A stretch of 30,277 bases of DNA from a virus. Of the stretch, positions 1-8,013 are shown piece by piece (position 1 is the first letter of the stretch; each line of letters opens with the position of its first letter). A program made the translations under genes and the position numbers. The DNA lies in IMG/VR virus record IMGVR_UViG_3300045988_019835, positions 1 to 30,277 of that record; one strand, given 5' to 3'. The notes beneath the pieces are model-generated. The model did no database searches. It was not told where the DNA came from and saw only the letters and a list, made by a program, of their open reading frames with translations.

Positions 1-1
1 T

Positions 2-193
2 TTTTTTTTTTTTTCCGGCCGCCGCCACGGATCCCGCCACGACCGAGGCCGTCAGCGCCAGCCATTTGGGAACGAAAAACGTCACAGCCAGCAGGACCAC
101 GGCCGCGATGTCCGCCCCCAGCGCCTGGTGCTTGTACTTGTCGGCGCCGATGCCGTTCAGCCAGCCGACGATCTTGTCGAAGATTCGTTTCAT
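2..193 (-). CDS. Small membrane protein, holin-like (C-terminus runs off the window)
   Basis: ATG at 193..191. My translation is MKRIFDKIVGWLNGIGADKYKHQALGADIAAVVLLAVTFFVPKWLALTASVVAGSVAAAGKKKK... It has hydrophobic stretches and lies after the fibre genes. It is not in the ORF track because it is open at the window edge. Confidence 0.4.
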   Translation of the reverse strand, partial: MKRIFDKIVGWLNGIGADKYKHQALGADIAAVVLLAVTFFVPKWLALTASVVAGSVAAAGKKKK

Positions 194-198
194 AGTCT

Positions 199-882
199 TC
201 ACACCTTTTCAACGTAAATCCCCACCAGCGCGCTCAAATCGTGATACACCGCCTGCCCCGTGGAGCGGGTGCACTTGTAGGTCACGCCGTTCTGCGAGTA
301 GTATTTGCCCTCGAACAACTCCATGTTCCCGTTGTACGGGATTGGGTCCTCCAGCGTGCCAGCCGCCGTCTCGTTGATCTCCTCGTAGAGTGCGGCGGTA
401 AGTTCTGACGGAGCCTGATTCTCCAGCACCGTGGCGATCTGCTGGCGCACCTTGTAGAGCCGTCCTTCGTAGAGCACCTTGAATCCGGCGGTGAGCGACT
501 TGCCGATGAACGACGACCATTCGGGATAGAGGTCCTTGATATCCAGCGACTGCTCGTCGGATAGTGACATCGTATTCACCGCCATCGTAGCAAACATGGC
601 CACCTGCCGGATTGTCGTGTCGGGAATAGGCTCCGGCAATTCAGGCTCCGGTTCCGGGGTGTACTCCTCCCACGTCACCGTGATGCGGTCGCCGTTGTCG
701 GCGTAAACTTCCCGTAGTTCATTGCCCGGGGTCGAGATCTCCGGGCGCTCGGTGTATTCCACGGGTTTGTACCCCATCGGACCGAGGATTTCCGGCCCGG
801 GGTTCATGATGACCATCCCGCCCTGCCGTACCTCGCCGGGAGCCGGAATCAAATATCCGTTTTCAAGTTTTGCGTATTGCAT
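199..882 (-). CDS. Tail-fibre-associated phage protein with two carbohydrate-binding-like (CBM5/12-type) C-terminal repeats
   Basis: 227-aa ORF with ATG at 882 and TGA stop. C-terminal segments WSSFIGKSLTAGFKVLYEGRLYKVRQ and GKYYSQNGVTYKCTRSTGQAVY resemble chitin-binding-type aromatic repeats. The function is inferred only. Confidence 0.55.
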   Translation of the reverse strand: MQYAKLENGYLIPAPGEVRQGGMVIMNPGPEILGPMGYKPVEYTERPEISTPGNELREVYADNGDRITVTWEEYTPEPEPELPEPIPDTTIRQVAMFATMAVNTMSLSDEQSLDIKDLYPEWSSFIGKSLTAGFKVLYEGRLYKVRQQIATVLENQAPSELTAALYEEINETAAGTLEDPIPYNGNMELFEGKYYSQNGVTYKCTRSTGQAVYHDLSALVGIYVEKV

Positions 883-897
883 AGCGATTGCTGTTTG

Positions 898-1647
898 TTA
901 TTCGTTGTAGAGGATCTCCGGCGCGCCGTTTGCCGCTATGTCGTAGCCGCCTATCGACTGAAACAGCGGCTCCATATACTCGTCCGACAGAGGCAACTGC
1001 TTCGCGCTGTCGAGCCATGAGGTTGCGATCGTCTTGTCGTCCCGACCGTACATCAGATTCTGCGGAAGGTATTCCGCAAGTAGTCCGTCCCTTTTCGCCT
1101 TCGGCACGACGTACCCCATCGGGTCGCCGTTGTTGTCGAGGGCCTTCACCTCGTCAGCACTCATGGCGTAGTTGAAGTGCTGGTGCAGGAGATAGTCTCC
1201 TTGAAATCTATCAAGGTTGTTTTCAAACGACCCTATATAATATTCAAATAAATTATTAAGTGCATACTTATCGCTGCTTGCAATAAGATCTCCTCCCAAG
1301 TATACTTTTTGAACATTATTCTCAACGACAAATACGATATTATATATTTTGTCCAATTCAGCGTCAATGGTTATTCCTCCTAAACCAATAGCGATACTCA
1401 TTCTGCCTTTTGTTTCGATATTAATTCTTGGAGAAATAGAACCTCCTGTCGTTGTGAAAGGTGTCTGTATCGTATCGAAATTTCTTATTACAAACACGCA
1501 CTGAATAGTACACGGCACTTGAAGCAAGGCCGGAACCTTTGTCGAGAATCCGCCCTGCGCCGTGAGAGCCCCGCGCTGCATCCGCTTGGCCTGCTGATAT
1601 GCGGCCATCTTCTGCACGTTGTTGTAGTAATACAGCAGGCTATTCAT
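898..1647 (-). CDS. Hypothetical tail-associated protein (possible beta-sandwich or lectin-like receptor-binding protein)
   Basis: 249-aa ORF with ATG at 1647 that overlaps the upstream stop by 8 nt; TAA stop. The central third is encoded by a strongly AT-rich island. Confidence 0.6.
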   Translation of the reverse strand: MNSLLYYYNNVQKMAAYQQAKRMQRGALTAQGGFSTKVPALLQVPCTIQCVFVIRNFDTIQTPFTTTGGSISPRINIETKGRMSIAIGLGGITIDAELDKIYNIVFVVENNVQKVYLGGDLIASSDKYALNNLFEYYIGSFENNLDRFQGDYLLHQHFNYAMSADEVKALDNNGDPMGYVVPKAKRDGLLAEYLPQNLMYGRDDKTIATSWLDSAKQLPLSDEYMEPLFQSIGGYDIAANGAPEILYNE

Positions 1648-2923
1648 CGTAGGTCATATTGCCTGCACCGAACAGGATGCAGATGGTGTAACTCTTGTTT
1701 TCCTCGGGCTTCGTCCAACCGGTGATGTTGAAGTCCTCCGGGTAGGAGAATTGCGTAGCCGTAGCTCCCGACGTGAAGCGGATGATCGATGGCTTCGTCG
1801 AGTTCTCGACGCTTGCAATTGTCAGCGAGGTCAACTCTCCGCACACGTACATCGTCCCGCCCACAACATCCAGCGAGACATCCGCGCCCTCGACCTGCTG
1901 CACGATAGTGCCGTCGTCTGCCCGGTACTGCGAGGTCACGTACTGCTTCGTTTCAAGGTCGTAGAACGCCCAATAGGCCATGCCGTCGACCTCTACAATC
2001 TTGGGCGGATTGTCGGCCAGCTCCTCGACCCGTGCCGTCTGCGTGTCCGAATTTTTCGCGGCAACCTTCAGGACGTCCGTCAGCACCACACCGTCGGAGA
2101 GGATTGTGCCGTCCGGATTAGCCGTCAAAACTGGAGTGTCACCCTTGGGGCCCTGCGGACCCGTTTCTCCGGTGTCTCCCTTCTCGCCCTGCGGACCTTG
2201 GGGACCTCCCGGGCCTTGGGGACCCATAGGCCCTTCCGGACCGATAGGGCCTTGTTCTCCCTGCTCTCCTTGCGGTCCTTGCTCGCCCTGCGGACCGGTG
2301 TCGCCTTTGTCTCCCTTGTCACCCTTGTCACCGCGAGCCGGATATTCCGAAACCACATACTGCTTCGTGTCCTCGTCGTAGAACGCCCAGAAATAGCCTT
2401 GATCGTTGAGCACGATTTTGGGAGGGTTGTCGGCAAGGGCATTCGCTCGGTCTGCCGCCTCATTGGCTTTATCGGTCGCCGCATTCAGCTTGCGGAGAAC
2501 CTCCGTAAATCCCGGCATACACTCGCAGCCATTGGCGGCTCCGATAGACACGGCGCAGTACACTCCGGCGCATTCGTCTACGAACTGCTGGGTGAAGGGC
2601 TGGATCGGCATATTGTCTACCTGGAAGTCCAACTCTGACATCATCGTCAGGATATTGCGGAGCACCTGCGTCCCCGTGCTTTGGATCTGCGTCTGATTGC
2701 TCTTGTCGGCCAGCAGTCGGTCGACATAGAACAGGGTCAGCCGGTATGTTGCCAAATCCCCGCTCACGCTGGTCAGATGCTCGCCCTGCGTGTAAGCGAA
2801 CACCGCATATTTGGCATTGGGGATGGTGTTGAGCTTGAAGATGTCGTTGTCGATGACCATCGCCACGCTCTGCTGTTGCAGGGCGACGGCTTCAAGCGTG
2901 CGGATTGTTTCTTCGAGCGTCAT
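1640..2923 (-). CDS. Collagen-like repeat tail fibre protein
   Basis: The ATG at 2923 forms an ATGA overlap with the upstream stop. The ORF-track start at 2971 would overlap the upstream gene by about 50 nt, so it was trimmed. The protein has 22 uninterrupted Gly-X-Y triplets ([18 protein letters not shown]...GPKGDT). Confidence 0.85.
   Translation of the reverse strand: MTLEETIRTLEAVALQQQSVAMVIDNDIFKLNTIPNAKYAVFAYTQGEHLTSVSGDLATYRLTLFYVDRLLADKSNQTQIQSTGTQVLRNILTMMSELDFQVDNMPIQPFTQQFVDECAGVYCAVSIGAANGCECMPGFTEVLRKLNAATDKANEAADRANALADNPPKIVLNDQGYFWAFYDEDTKQYVVSEYPARGDKGDKGDKGDTGPQGEQGPQGEQGEQGPIGPEGPMGPQGPGGPQGPQGEKGDTGETGPQGPKGDTPVLTANPDGTILSDGVVLTDVLKVAAKNSDTQTARVEELADNPPKIVEVDGMAYWAFYDLETKQYVTSQYRADDGTIVQQVEGADVSLDVVGGTMYVCGELTSLTIASVENSTKPSIIRFTSGATATQFSYPEDFNITGWTKPEENKSYTICILFGAGNMTYDE
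2135..2332 (-). repeat. Collagen-like Gly-X-Y coding repeat (22 triplets)
   Basis: Read directly from the translation of 1640..2923, residues 214-279 of the track ORF. Confidence 0.9.
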
Positions 2924-3465
2924 TTCTTTCCGTATATTTTGCCACGAGCGCCGCCCAGCCAGATGCTGCACGTTGCGGAGCTGTGAAGGTTCTTTCGAAT
3001 ATGGTAGCAGTCGTTCTCTGTGAGTTCGGGTAGCTGCGAGTGATGTTCCAAGGCGAAACGCTGGATCTTGGCCGCGTAGAAGTCCGCTTTGCTCTGGTAG
3101 TATTTCTGGATATTCGAGATCTCGGCAAGCGTACTACCCTGCACGTTGGTGTCGGTAGTCTTCGCTACGCCGATGTTTCCAATCTTGTATCCCACCTTGT
3201 AGGGCAGCCCCGCGATCGTCTGATAGGCGAGGAAGTATTGCGAGACCTCGATTAGCTCCTTGTATATCGTGTTCTCGGGGTTATTCGCCTGCCCCGATTC
3301 CACGATCTCCTTCAATTTGTCCGTGAGGGCATCGCCGAGGATCTCCCGGAGGTTGATCTCCTGCGCCTCGCGGATAGCCGGCAGCATATACTTCCCGGCG
3401 AGGTTGTCGCTGATGTTCGAGATGCTCTTCACGAACTCCTCAGATGTCAGTAGAACTTCTGCCAT
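2920..3465 (-). CDS. Hypothetical virion protein, possible head-tail adaptor (gp6-like by position and size)
   Basis: The ORF-track start at 3474 is TTG; the first ATG is at 3465 ([11 protein letters not shown]...). The gene lies directly downstream of the portal gene. Functional assignment is weak. Confidence 0.5.
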   Translation of the reverse strand: MAEVLLTSEEFVKSISNISDNLAGKYMLPAIREAQEINLREILGDALTDKLKEIVESGQANNPENTIYKELIEVSQYFLAYQTIAGLPYKVGYKIGNIGVAKTTDTNVQGSTLAEISNIQKYYQSKADFYAAKIQRFALEHHSQLPELTENDCYHIRKNLHSSATCSIWLGGARGKIYGKK

Positions 3466-4537
3466 TTTGCGCAAGTGTAAAAGGTTCGATCGTCATATAG
3501 TTCTGGTCGCCGAAGATTTTGCCGATGGATCTGCAGATGAGCTTCTGCACCGGCATGATCTGCGTCCGGTTGTAAAGTCTGAAGGCGGCGTCGTACTCCT
3601 CCTGCGAGAATCCCAAGTTCTCCGTCGGGATGCCGAACAGATTCGGGTTGGCCCGGAAGGCCGTGAAGATCTGCTGACGGCTTCGTTTGGCGAGGGAGTC
3701 GTAGCGATCGCCGTAATCGGGCACGTCGATGCTCTCGATCGTCGTGGCGTTCTCCTTCGTGTCGTTGTATGCAATGATGATACGCCCAGCGTTGTTCTTA
3801 CCGGCGAACTTCTCGTTGATGCCCTTCTCGACCTCCTCCTGCTCCTCGTCCGTGGGGGCTCCGTTATTGAAGTTCACAAGGACTGATCCCATGAACCCGT
3901 TGTTGATGGAGTTCAGGTGATATTCGTCGATGCTTCTCTCGATCTCGCAGGCTTTGAGGCAGGCGGCATACTTGGGCCGCGGGTAGGTGTGGTATGCCGT
4001 GTTCTTGACGAACAGCACAGAGGACGGGACGCTTCTCGCATCCGGGATGAACTTCGGATACACGAGCGTCTTGACCATGGAGAAGCGACGATTCCACGTC
4101 TCGGAGTAGTAGAACACCTCGTTGTCCTTGTCGCAGCGCAGATTCTTCATGTCCATGGCGTACAGCTCGGCAATATCTCCGCTCTGACTGCGGATCACCT
4201 GCACGGCGAACCCTCCGTATGTGAAGAACGAGATGGCCAGATCCCGGACAAGGTCGTCGGCCGTCTGCTTCTTCCGGTTCATGTACTGGCCCTGCAAGGT
4301 CCTCGACACGTTGACCTGCTCGCCGCATACATAGTCGGCCGACCCGTCGATGATGCTCTGCAGGGATGCGACATTCTCGCAAAGGTCTTCGAGGTAGTCA
4401 GGGTACGCGTTACGATCACCCCACTGGATGAACTCCCGGCCGGGATACTTCTCCTCCTTGGGTGATATGATCGACTGCTCGATGTACGGATTCAGCGCCG
4501 CGAAGGACAGCGATATTTTCTTCTTGTCATCTGCCAT
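3440..4537 (-). CDS. Portal protein
   Basis: The track start at 4597 is TTG; ATG at 4537 (MADDKKK...). It is about 365 aa. Portal-like conserved stretches include WGDRNAYPDYLEDL...SIIDGSADYVCG and NLFGIPTENLGFSQEEYDAAFRLYNRTQIMPVQ. Confidence 0.65.
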   Translation of the reverse strand: MADDKKKISLSFAALNPYIEQSIISPKEEKYPGREFIQWGDRNAYPDYLEDLCENVASLQSIIDGSADYVCGEQVNVSRTLQGQYMNRKKQTADDLVRDLAISFFTYGGFAVQVIRSQSGDIAELYAMDMKNLRCDKDNEVFYYSETWNRRFSMVKTLVYPKFIPDARSVPSSVLFVKNTAYHTYPRPKYAACLKACEIERSIDEYHLNSINNGFMGSVLVNFNNGAPTDEEQEEVEKGINEKFAGKNNAGRIIIAYNDTKENATTIESIDVPDYGDRYDSLAKRSRQQIFTAFRANPNLFGIPTENLGFSQEEYDAAFRLYNRTQIMPVQKLICRSIGKIFGDQNYMTIEPFTLAQNGRSSTDI

Positions 4538-4853
4538 ACTGCTTGTATTGAATTGATTGAGCAAATTCAGACCTTGAATCGTCGTAATCGCCCACAATCA
4601 TAAGACCTGAAGCCATCAGACACCCTCCCTGCGTGAGCTCGTACTCGTATTCGCCCTCCGTCATGTCATCCGGGAACGACACGGTCACCTCGTAGTACAG
4701 CGGGCCGAGCACAACGCCGTCCGGCTTGATACCCATACGATCGAGCCCCACCGTATTCTTCACGGAGAGGACGAACACCCCGGCCTGCGTCATGAACACG
4801 TTGCGCGGGATGTAGAGCGTCTGGGCATCGGATGTCTGCTTGGCGTAGATCAT
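4527..4853 (-). CDS. Hypothetical structural-module protein
   Basis: 108-aa ORF with ATG at 4853 in an ATGA overlap with the upstream gene. No recognisable motif. Confidence 0.6.
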   Translation of the reverse strand: MIYAKQTSDAQTLYIPRNVFMTQAGVFVLSVKNTVGLDRMGIKPDGVVLGPLYYEVTVSFPDDMTEGEYEYELTQGGCLMASGLMIVGDYDDSRSEFAQSIQYKQYGR

Positions 4854-5152
4854 TGCTTTTTCCTTTTCGTTCGGCGCTTGGGCGCCTCGGTATCCGGCTG
4901 CGCGTTTTTGGCCGCCTCCATCTCTTCGAGGTCCGCGAAGTAGATAGCGCCCATCCGCTGCAGGAAGTCAAGAACACAGGCCCCGCAGTTGCTGTTCACG
5001 CGAATGTGGTAACCCGTCGCCCGCTCATAGATAGGGACCATCGTCTCAATGGCCATGCGCCCCACGTGCCGGAGATACTTCGACCGAACCGCCGTGCGCA
5101 TATTCAACTCCCACTTCGAGAGTGTAGCGATTTCTTCTTGCGTCAGTTTCAT
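4850..5152 (-). CDS. Hypothetical protein with basic C-terminal tail
   Basis: 100-aa ORF with ATG at 5152. The C-terminus is PKRRTKRKKQ. Confidence 0.6.
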   Translation of the reverse strand: MKLTQEEIATLSKWELNMRTAVRSKYLRHVGRMAIETMVPIYERATGYHIRVNSNCGACVLDFLQRMGAIYFADLEEMEAAKNAQPDTEAPKRRTKRKKQ

Positions 5153-5159
5153 GATTCAG

Positions 5160-5190
5160 AAAAAAGGGCGCACCGGTTGTCGATGCGCCC
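5160..5190 (-). terminator. Rho-independent terminator after the capsid + 178-aa gene pair
   Basis: The minus strand reads GGGCGCA-TCGACAACCGG-TGCGCCC followed by TTTTTT. This is a 7-bp GC stem plus a U6 tract, 15 nt after the stop at 5205. Confidence 0.65.
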
Positions 5191-5204
5191 CGGATGGTTG
5201 TTGG

Positions 5205-5720
5205 TTAATCGACGATGGTGTCGATGACGGATGCCTCCACCTCGTAAGGGAAGGCGAGCGACTGATCCTGCAATGTGATGCTGTACCGGTTGGCGTCCGA
5301 CGCCGCCGTCCCGGTCTGCCCGTCTCCGGCGCTGGCCATCACCGGCTCGTCATAGCCGAGATACCAGTATTTGCCGTTGTTGTCCTTGACGATGACGGCC
5401 ATTTCGCCCGTGGCCATTGCGTTGATCTCGATGCGCTTCGCCGTTTCCATCTTGCTGAACAGCATGACCAGGTCTGTGCTGACGTAGTTCACGCCGTTTG
5501 CCTGGTCGACGTTGAGCGTCGACGTCATGCTGCTGGTTCCTTTGCGGAAAAGGTACTTCTTGAACTTCTTTTCCGCGGCCATGGTGATGGCGGTGATCTG
5601 ATCCTCATCTGCGGTCGCGGTCTCGACGTCGTCGTAGTTGGCGATATATACCTCACGGATGCCGCCCATCGTCGAGGCGCAATCGTAGGGGATTCCGTTA
5701 AAAGTTTGCGAACATGCCAT
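5205..5720 (-). CDS. Abundant virion structural protein, possibly major tail (tube) protein
   Basis: ATG at 5720 (MACSQTFNGIPYDC...) or at 5741. It is co-transcribed with the capsid gene and is followed by a strong terminator. The tube assignment rests on size and context only. Confidence 0.5.
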   Translation of the reverse strand: MACSQTFNGIPYDCASTMGGIREVYIANYDDVETATADEDQITAITMAAEKKFKKYLFRKGTSSMTSTLNVDQANGVNYVSTDLVMLFSKMETAKRIEINAMATGEMAVIVKDNNGKYWYLGYDEPVMASAGDGQTGTAASDANRYSITLQDQSLAFPYEVEASVIDTIVD

Positions 5721-5795
5721 GTATTTGTGCTTTATGAACATGGCGGGCGTTATACCCGCCCCGCTCGGTTAATAAATCCTGTTTTTGTGTGTCGA

Positions 5796-6791
5796 TTACG
5801 CTCCGGCATCGGCTGCCTCGGGAGTCACGGTACCTTCGACTGCAACCTTCAGCGCCGTCGGCTCCACGGGATCGGCTGCCATGGTGCCGAGTACAACCCG
5901 ATCGGGGAACGCGACCTGCGTACCGGCATTCCACCGCACCTTGAGCTTGAAGACGTCGTCGTCGTCCGAGAACCAGAGTTTCACCTCCTCCTTGTCGCCT
6001 TCCACGTCGCAGCCGTAGAAGAGATTGTCGAGGGTCGAAGCGAAGAGGTAGCGGGTGCCGGTCAGTCCGGCCGCAGAGGTTACGCGGACGTTCGTGCCGG
6101 GAAAGATGAACTCCTGCGGGGTTTCGTTCTGCGGCCCGGCATAGTGATAGTAGTTCTTGGCTACCATCTCCTGCGTGAAGGCGCGGAAGATCGCCGGAGC
6201 CACGAAGATGTACACCTGCTTGTCGAGGATTTCCTCGGGAATGGCCATGTAGACCTGCTTGATGGCATCATAGGCCGACGCCCCCGAAGCCACGCTCACG
6301 TCGATGACGTCCGAATCGTCCGTGGCGATTTTGATCAACCCGTCGAAGTGCTTCAGGTCGTTATCTCCGGACGCGGTGTCACCCTGCCATACGGCCTTCT
6401 CCATCTTCGCGTTGATGTGGCTGATGATGTTCTCCATCAGGTACTGCTCGAAGGGCAGCTCTTCGCTGTTGGCGCCGATGCGCACGAGGTACTCGGCGTA
6501 TTTGCCCAGCAGGGTGTCGGGACAGAAGTCCATGTTCACCTTGATCAGTCCCGTCTCGATCTCACGCTGGGTCAGCGTTGCGGTGCCCTGCGCAGTGAAT
6601 CCGCAGCCCTGTCCCTCCTGGAATACCGGGTCGGTGTCGAGGTAGTTGATGGCTGCCTTGGTCTTGATGCCGGTCTGCTTGGTCATCAGTCCGATGGTGC
6701 GGCCGCCGAATACAACCTTGTTGATCAGCGGCAGTTTGTTCTGCTCCACATACTCGGGGAGCGACGTTGCAATGATGTTGTTCGTTGCCAT
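5796..6791 (-). CDS. Major capsid protein (HK97 fold type)
   Basis: 331 aa, immediately after the protease/scaffold gene. Capsid-like stretches include AVWQGDTASGDNDLKHFDGLIKIA and LFYGCDVEGDKEEVKLWFSDDDDVFKLKVRWNAG. Confidence 0.8.
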   Translation of the reverse strand: MATNNIIATSLPEYVEQNKLPLINKVVFGGRTIGLMTKQTGIKTKAAINYLDTDPVFQEGQGCGFTAQGTATLTQREIETGLIKVNMDFCPDTLLGKYAEYLVRIGANSEELPFEQYLMENIISHINAKMEKAVWQGDTASGDNDLKHFDGLIKIATDDSDVIDVSVASGASAYDAIKQVYMAIPEEILDKQVYIFVAPAIFRAFTQEMVAKNYYHYAGPQNETPQEFIFPGTNVRVTSAAGLTGTRYLFASTLDNLFYGCDVEGDKEEVKLWFSDDDDVFKLKVRWNAGTQVAFPDRVVLGTMAADPVEPTALKVAVEGTVTPEAADAGA

Positions 6792-6809
6792 GTTGTCTGC
6801 TGTTTTTGG

Positions 6810-7922
6810 TTACTTTTTCGCGTTCGCGCCTACGACCGCGGCCAGGTGATCGAGCCGCGAATCACCGGTCTTGCCGGGGGTGAGGTTCTTGAACTCCTCG
6901 TGTGCCGACGAAGCGGCCGGAGCCTGCTTCATGGCCTTCACGTCGGATTTGGTAGATTCAATCGCGCCCATGAGCTTCTCTACCATGTCGCGGATGTCGC
7001 CGATCTCCTTGCGGATTTCCTGCAGCTCGGCGTCACCGGGCGACGGATCATCTTTCGGGGGCGTCGGTTCGGTGCTGCCTGCGGGATCAGTCTCGCCTGC
7101 CCCGTCAACCTCTGCTTTCGGGTCGACGATCTCCGATACCTTTCCGTCCACGACGACGATGGTCTTGCCGTCCTCGGTGGTGTACTGGCCATCGGGAGCT
7201 GCGCTGCGCTCGCCGCTTTCGGATTCCTTGTGGACCATGTCGCCGGCCTTCAGGTCCTCGTCGCCGTCCCAGTAGAGCGCGCCTTTGTCAGTGGATACGA
7301 CGCCGAACTCGGCCAGGAGCTTCGCCAGCCGGGTCTTGAGTTTTTCGAGTTTTGCCATTTCGTTGATTTGATGTTTGTTGAACTGATGATTGGATACAGA
7401 GAAGATTCCCTCGATGGAGAAGCCTTTGAACTTCCCGGCCTTGATGTCCGCCCACACGTCATCATTGGCCACGTGGTACTCGCCGAAGAGGCTGCCGTCC
7501 TCCACGTCCTCGAAGCCCGCCGGGTCAATGCCGGCCGATTTGTCCTTGATGAAAAGCTGCACGAGATTGACCCCACCGACGTCGGACCCGGGGGCGTGCA
7601 TTGTGTTGACGTTGCCCTGGTTGCCCTGTTCGAGAAACCGTTCGGTCATGCGGCGAATAGTGTGGGCCGAGAAGATGATGTAGAACTCATCGCCGGTGGG
7701 AGCTACACGATAGATCGGGAAGTCGGCACGCATGAGAACACCGCGCACGAGACGTTTCTCCTCGTTTGAGATCGCGCACACGGGGATCTTCTTCTCGGCC
7801 GAGAATGCCATGAAGTCACGATCGACCGCCGGGTTGTCGACGAGAGAGACGCACACCATGCCGTCCTCGTTGTCGCTCAATTCTGCCCAGTAGAAGGGAA
7901 TATTTCGATTCAAAGTTGCCAT
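6810..7922 (-). CDS. Prohead protease (XkdF / S78_2-like N-domain) fused to a scaffold-like coiled coil
   Basis: N-terminal LVRGVLMRADFPIYR...NVNTMHAPGS...GEYHVANDDVWADIKAGKFKGFSIEG resembles XkdF-type domains. The C-terminal half is acidic and coiled-coil (AELQEIRKEIGDIRDMVEKL). Confidence 0.7.
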   Translation of the reverse strand: MATLNRNIPFYWAELSDNEDGMVCVSLVDNPAVDRDFMAFSAEKKIPVCAISNEEKRLVRGVLMRADFPIYRVAPTGDEFYIIFSAHTIRRMTERFLEQGNQGNVNTMHAPGSDVGGVNLVQLFIKDKSAGIDPAGFEDVEDGSLFGEYHVANDDVWADIKAGKFKGFSIEGIFSVSNHQFNKHQINEMAKLEKLKTRLAKLLAEFGVVSTDKGALYWDGDEDLKAGDMVHKESESGERSAAPDGQYTTEDGKTIVVVDGKVSEIVDPKAEVDGAGETDPAGSTEPTPPKDDPSPGDAELQEIRKEIGDIRDMVEKLMGAIESTKSDVKAMKQAPAASSAHEEFKNLTPGKTGDSRLDHLAAVVGANAKK

Positions 7923-7966
7923 TCTACCGGGAAATATTCATTGTCCGTTTTCTGTCCAATAGGCAC

Positions 7967-7993
7967 AAAAAAAGGCCGCAGTTGCCTGCGACC
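7967..7993 (-). terminator. Rho-independent terminator between the tape-measure and head genes
   Basis: The minus strand reads GGTCGCAG-GCAA-CTGCGGCC followed by TTTTTTT. This is an 8-bp stem with one G-U pair, a GNRA loop and a U7 tract. Confidence 0.7.
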
Positions 7994-8013
7994 TTGACCC
8001 GTGATGCGGGCTG

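Noticed and set aside
1640-2923. Diversity-generating retroelement acting on the fibre gene, suggested by the duplicated module
   Set aside because: No reverse transcriptase ORF exists anywhere in the window. The two copies are both inside the coding sequence and diverge at all base types, not specifically at adenines.
3864-4382. 172-aa and 93-aa minus-strand ORFs (3864..4382, 3493..3774) inside the portal gene
   Set aside because: They are alternative frames of the portal gene with Arg-rich translations and no independent start context.
5049-7769. 906-aa plus-strand ORF, the longest plus-strand ORF in the track
   Set aside because: It lies exactly antisense to the capsid, protease/scaffold and 178-aa genes, which carry clear family signatures. 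Its translation is Arg/Gly/Val/Leu/His-rich with no motif. Long antisense open frames are expected in GC-rich coding DNA.
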